Shown here: piece after piece, positions 55,414-64,000 of the stretch
Layout: every line of letters begins with the position of its first letter
How positions within the stretch are numbered: the stretch's first letter is position 1
NCBI GenBank assembly: GCA_012295275.1
Contig: CM022668.1
Location: forward strand, 4,898,001-4,962,000
Source of the DNA: Chrysomallon squamiferum
Lineage: Eukaryota; Animalia; Mollusca
Length of the DNA: 64,000 nt
Direction: 5' to 3'
The notes under the pieces: model-generated
What the model saw: the letters and a program-made list of their open reading frames with translations, nothing else
Database searches by the model: none
What the model was told of the DNA's origin: nothing
Translations under genes and position numbers: made by a program

Positions 55414-55620
55414 GTAAATTTATTTATTTTGTTGTTTGAAATTAACTTTGAAAATCCACCTGAGTATTCTGTTTGTTCTCTTTGTTTTTGTTCTCTTTTT
55501 GATGTGCATTATTATTACTTTTATTTTATTTTATTTCATTTCATTTTATTTTATTTACTATTTTATTACATATTCATATGTGAACTTAAAATAATAATAA
55601 TAATAATAATAATAATAATC

Positions 55621-55656
<36 letters not shown>

Positions 55657-55948
55657 TAATAATAATAATAATAATTCGGTCACATATATCACATTTATCA
55701 TATTAAAATGAAGTTTGTGCTAGCAGCATGGGTCTCAGATCAGTTGATAGATATTTTATTAATTTTAGAACAGAGAGATGAACAGACGAGCTGTCACGTG
55801 ATGTACCGGGAAGAACTGACCGAGAAATCTGAAGGTGACACGTGACGCAGTCCACGTGACGTTATTTCGTGTGGTCGAGGTGAAGGTTATCATGTGACTT
55901 ACAGCTGTATTTTTCAATAGAATACTCAGGTGGATTAATATTTCTTAT

Positions 55949-55982
<34 letters not shown>

Positions 55983-58284
55983 AATCAGAGACAAATGAGT
56001 ATAAAAAACAAACAAAGCAGTGAAAACCAGTAAGTTAGACAGAAAGTGAGACAAAATAAATAAAAATAAAAAGAGACAGATCTAATGATTTCCATAACCT
56101 GTCGTGACTGTCTCGTGACAAAGCGAAATGTGACGCCACTGATATGACGTGTCTCGTATGACGTGTCTGATAAGTCGTGTCTGATATGACGTGTCTGATA
56201 TGACGTTGAATAAAGGAAGTACGTCGCTAGTATCCAAATGTTTTTAATCATTCTTATGACCTATTTTCATTTCAACGTCATATCTTTGATATTTCACTAT
56301 GTCACGTGAAAGTCATGAAAGATTACACAAAGATTACACTAATAATATCCATCTAACATAATCAACACACATTACAATAAAAACAATAGTAATAATGTTA
56401 TTTTATTTTATTCTATTCATAATATATTTTTTAATTCTTTATTTGTATAGCAAAGTAATATTTCTGGGATTCTAGGATATTATCGGAAATCTTTGTTTAT
56501 TTTCTTTGGAACAACGGAATTCCAAAATTTAAAAATCACCAGTTAATATAATAAAGGTCGAAGATTTTAAATATCGTTACAGTAAAAATGTATTAATGTT
56601 TACTTATATTACAGCTAATTGCTTCTTACATAAAATTATAGTTTGTTATCTTTGAACGATATTTGTACTATACTAACAAGATGTATCTAAAATTATATGT
56701 CAACCAAAATTAATTTTTCTCTAGCAGCATGGGTCTTAGATAAGTGAATACATTTATTTATTATTTTAAACAAACACTCATGTGTAGGCATTTCACATCG
56801 AGTACATTAACAAAAGAGTTACAGACCATTAGAAGAGTTGGACAAAATAAATTGTTTTATTATTATTACTACTATTTTTATTATTGTTGGTATAGCAAAA
56901 TCCCCGGGATCTGAGTAAAATTAGAACAGGAAAAAACAAACAGTAAAAACCTTCAAACATATGCTTCAAAATCAAGAATTTCTTTCTAAGAATCTTCTAC
57001 AGAGCAGACATTATGCATACATACATACATATGTGTGTGTGTGCGTGTGTTTCGAAAGAATTAAAGCAATATAGGAAAATGTTAATATAGCGAAATCAAA
57101 GGTAAAAAATCAAACAAAAACCCCAAAAAAAAAAAAAAAACGCTAATTGAAATAAGTGAACGAACAAATGAATAAAGAAATAAAGTAAGAAAGAAAGAAA
57201 GACTTCTTTCGCCTATTTCCAGCACTAATGTTACAATATATGCTTTTGTACATAAGCAGATGCGCAATGAATCATTGTCAGAGTTCATCATACATGATAG
57301 ATCGCCTCAAATAAAACAGATACAAATTAGGAAATATGAATCATTTTATTAGACGATTTTCTTCATACCATTGCAGAAACACTTTAAATTTATGTATTTT
57401 ACAATTTGACAAAATAAATGACACCTAAGTTTTTGTTCTTTTTATTTCTATTATTGTTTATATTTTATTTTCATTTAACTATGGTTTACCTTATTTATTT
57501 TACTTTAGATTAATTTACTTCAGAAATTCTTTCTTTCTTTATTTACTTATTTTTACTTTACTATTACTTACTTCACTTTTCTTCAATTTAATTTTTATTT
57601 TACTTTACTTAACGCTTATTTATAACATTTTTTATTTATTTTATTCATATGATGTAATACTATATAATATAATATAATATAATATAATATAATATAATAT
57701 AATATAATATAATATTATATAATATAATATAAATAAGTAAAGTTCAGGGTGCCAAGCCACCATAATAACATCCGTTTTCGTAGGACATTACTGTAAAGAC
57801 AGAGATGTTATAAAATGTACACACTAATCACATATACAGACAGCTATACAAAGAGACAAAAGAACAAGCACAATCACGACAACAATAAACAGACCAGTAA
57901 CAATAACAATAAAATAAATAAAATAATAATAAATAAACTATTAATCGTAAACAAAATTAAATAAATCAATAAATGAAACGTCGAAATGTTTGAAGCGTAT
58001 CGCTTTACGATCGATTTTCTTCAGTTGTTTATTCTGTTATATCCCGCAAAAGACAATCAAGGAAAAAAGCGATGGGTGGGTGGTTATAAACTGAGAACAA
58101 TTAATATTTATTGTTTTAACAGATTTCAATGAAATTACAAAATCACAGATGCAGCTACTGAGAAGAACAGAATGGTTGATAAAAAGTGTAATGTGTACAC
58201 GTTGACAGAACAAACAAGTCTCACATTTCCAGCTTTCACACAGTTCAACAAAGTCCTGAGTACAAGAAGCAGAAAAAACTGAAA

Positions 58285-58400
58285 ATGAAATCTTCTCTGA
58301 TTATTTGCGTGTTGGTTGTAACATGTCTGAGTGTAGCAGAGTCACACCTTGAACACTGGGGGTGGGGACATGACGAAACGGCAGAAAGCTGTAGTCAGAA
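58285..58400 (+). pseudogene. Orphan A-type exon 1 abutting the 3' end of convergent gene F
   Basis: MKSSLIICVLVVTCLSVAESHLEHWGWGHDETAESCSQK with GTAAGT donor; no plus-strand exon 2 in the remaining window. Confidence 0.65.
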
Positions 58401-58640
58401 GTAAGTCATTTATTTTGTGTTTATAGTAATAAACTTAGAACTGAACAGCGAAAAAAAAAAGAAAAATGGGAGAAAAAAGAAGAACATAATAATAATAATG
58501 AATTTAAAAATTAAGACCAAAAAAAAATTATCGTATTAAAAACTAAAATAAGATAGAAAAATTAATAGGAATAATATTTTCATATTTTTATTGAATTATT
58601 ATCATTAACATGAATGAATTTTCTTCCTCGGGTTTGTCTT

Positions 58641-62986
<4,346 letters not shown>

Positions 62987-64000
62987 CTGAAATACAAACA
63001 CAGCTTTTTAACGTAAAACTATTTTATGTTACACGTGCCAGGTATTGCTTTTCCAGGAATGAAAAAATCTCGTAGAATTGATATTGTTTTATGTTAGAAA
63101 GATCTATGAGATAACAATCATCTTTTAAAGTGGTTCATTGCACGTCAAACCATTTTCGATTGTGTAAGTAGTTGTGGACTCGCTGAAGAATGAATTCATG
63201 GAAATAAAGAAAGTCCACTAATTCGATGAAAAGAATTCCAGAAATAAAAGTTTTCACTGTCCCCTTGAAAATGTGAGGAATTTCGACACCAACATGAGAA
63301 ATCAGTTTGAGATTCCAACAAACATTTCAAGAATTCCTTAGTTTCATAAACTTTGTCTATGTGGAAAACAGAAACACTAAAACTGTAAGTGATTACATTT
63401 AAACTCCCTAAATGAACGAATATTTTAAGTAATGAAAGTTCCTTCTGAGAAATGTTGCAGCAAGATACCTCTGTCTCATTTTTTATGATGAAGGTTTTCT
63501 ACAAATGTACTTGCTTTCAAATGCCTGTATACTCATTTTTTGCATTAATTGACATGTTTCTTATCGAGTGATTTCCAAGCGGTTGCCATGATACAGTAAA
63601 GCATGAAAACTGGCTACAGTATTTACAAGTCTATTGAAACCTCGTGCATTTGTGTAATTTAATATCTTGTAAATGTCAGAATGGGCATTTTATTATTAGG
63701 TGTGTTCACTTTAACTCTATTTTACTGCTAAGGTAAAAATTTCACCTGTGGAATTTTTGTTATGTGTTGTACGTAGTATCTTGGAGTTTACTGTTTTCCT
63801 TTAAATCACGTGTTATGGAAATGAAAAGAGATTTGAAATCCTTATCGAATTAGCTTTTCGGTCACATGAATTTAATCAAAGTTGACCCGCTGGATACAAA
63901 AAGCAATAGCTTCGAAACTACTGCTCCGATTGAAAAAATATTTGAGATTTTCGCTGCTTATATTAAATCGTAGCTACATACCATGAAAGGCAATATATTC

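Overview
AT-rich, microsatellite-dense eukaryotic (probably invertebrate animal) DNA. Nearly all ORFs in the supplied track are simple-repeat artefacts. The real content, seen by reading splice sites, is a cluster of paralogous small secreted-protein genes that I cannot assign to a named family. Each copy has the same layout: exon 1 (signal peptide ending A/V-E-S, then a His/Trp/Gly motif and a Cys), a 65-nt exon 2 (three-heptad coiled coil ending DDCE), a variable run of 9/12/15-nt phase-1 micro-exons encoding a Thr/Pro/Ala stalk, a 117-120-nt six-Cys exon (C-x9-C-x5-C-x11/12-C-x6-CC), and an 11-nt terminal exon that usually ends Gly-stop. Apparently intact copies are A (7529-12546 +, 4 micro-exons), B (18033-29151 +, 13 micro-exons, 12 of them in six ~1.27-kb tandem units) and E (49156-54050 +). 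F (58641 to beyond 64000, -) is partial. C (35125-39094 -) is a chimera with a broken donor, D (43075-44425 +) is truncated, and there are many orphan or decayed exons. The cluster is organised by direct and large inverted duplications. It also carries a decayed Tc1 transposon and a MITE. All gene models are inferred from sequence alone and need transcript support.
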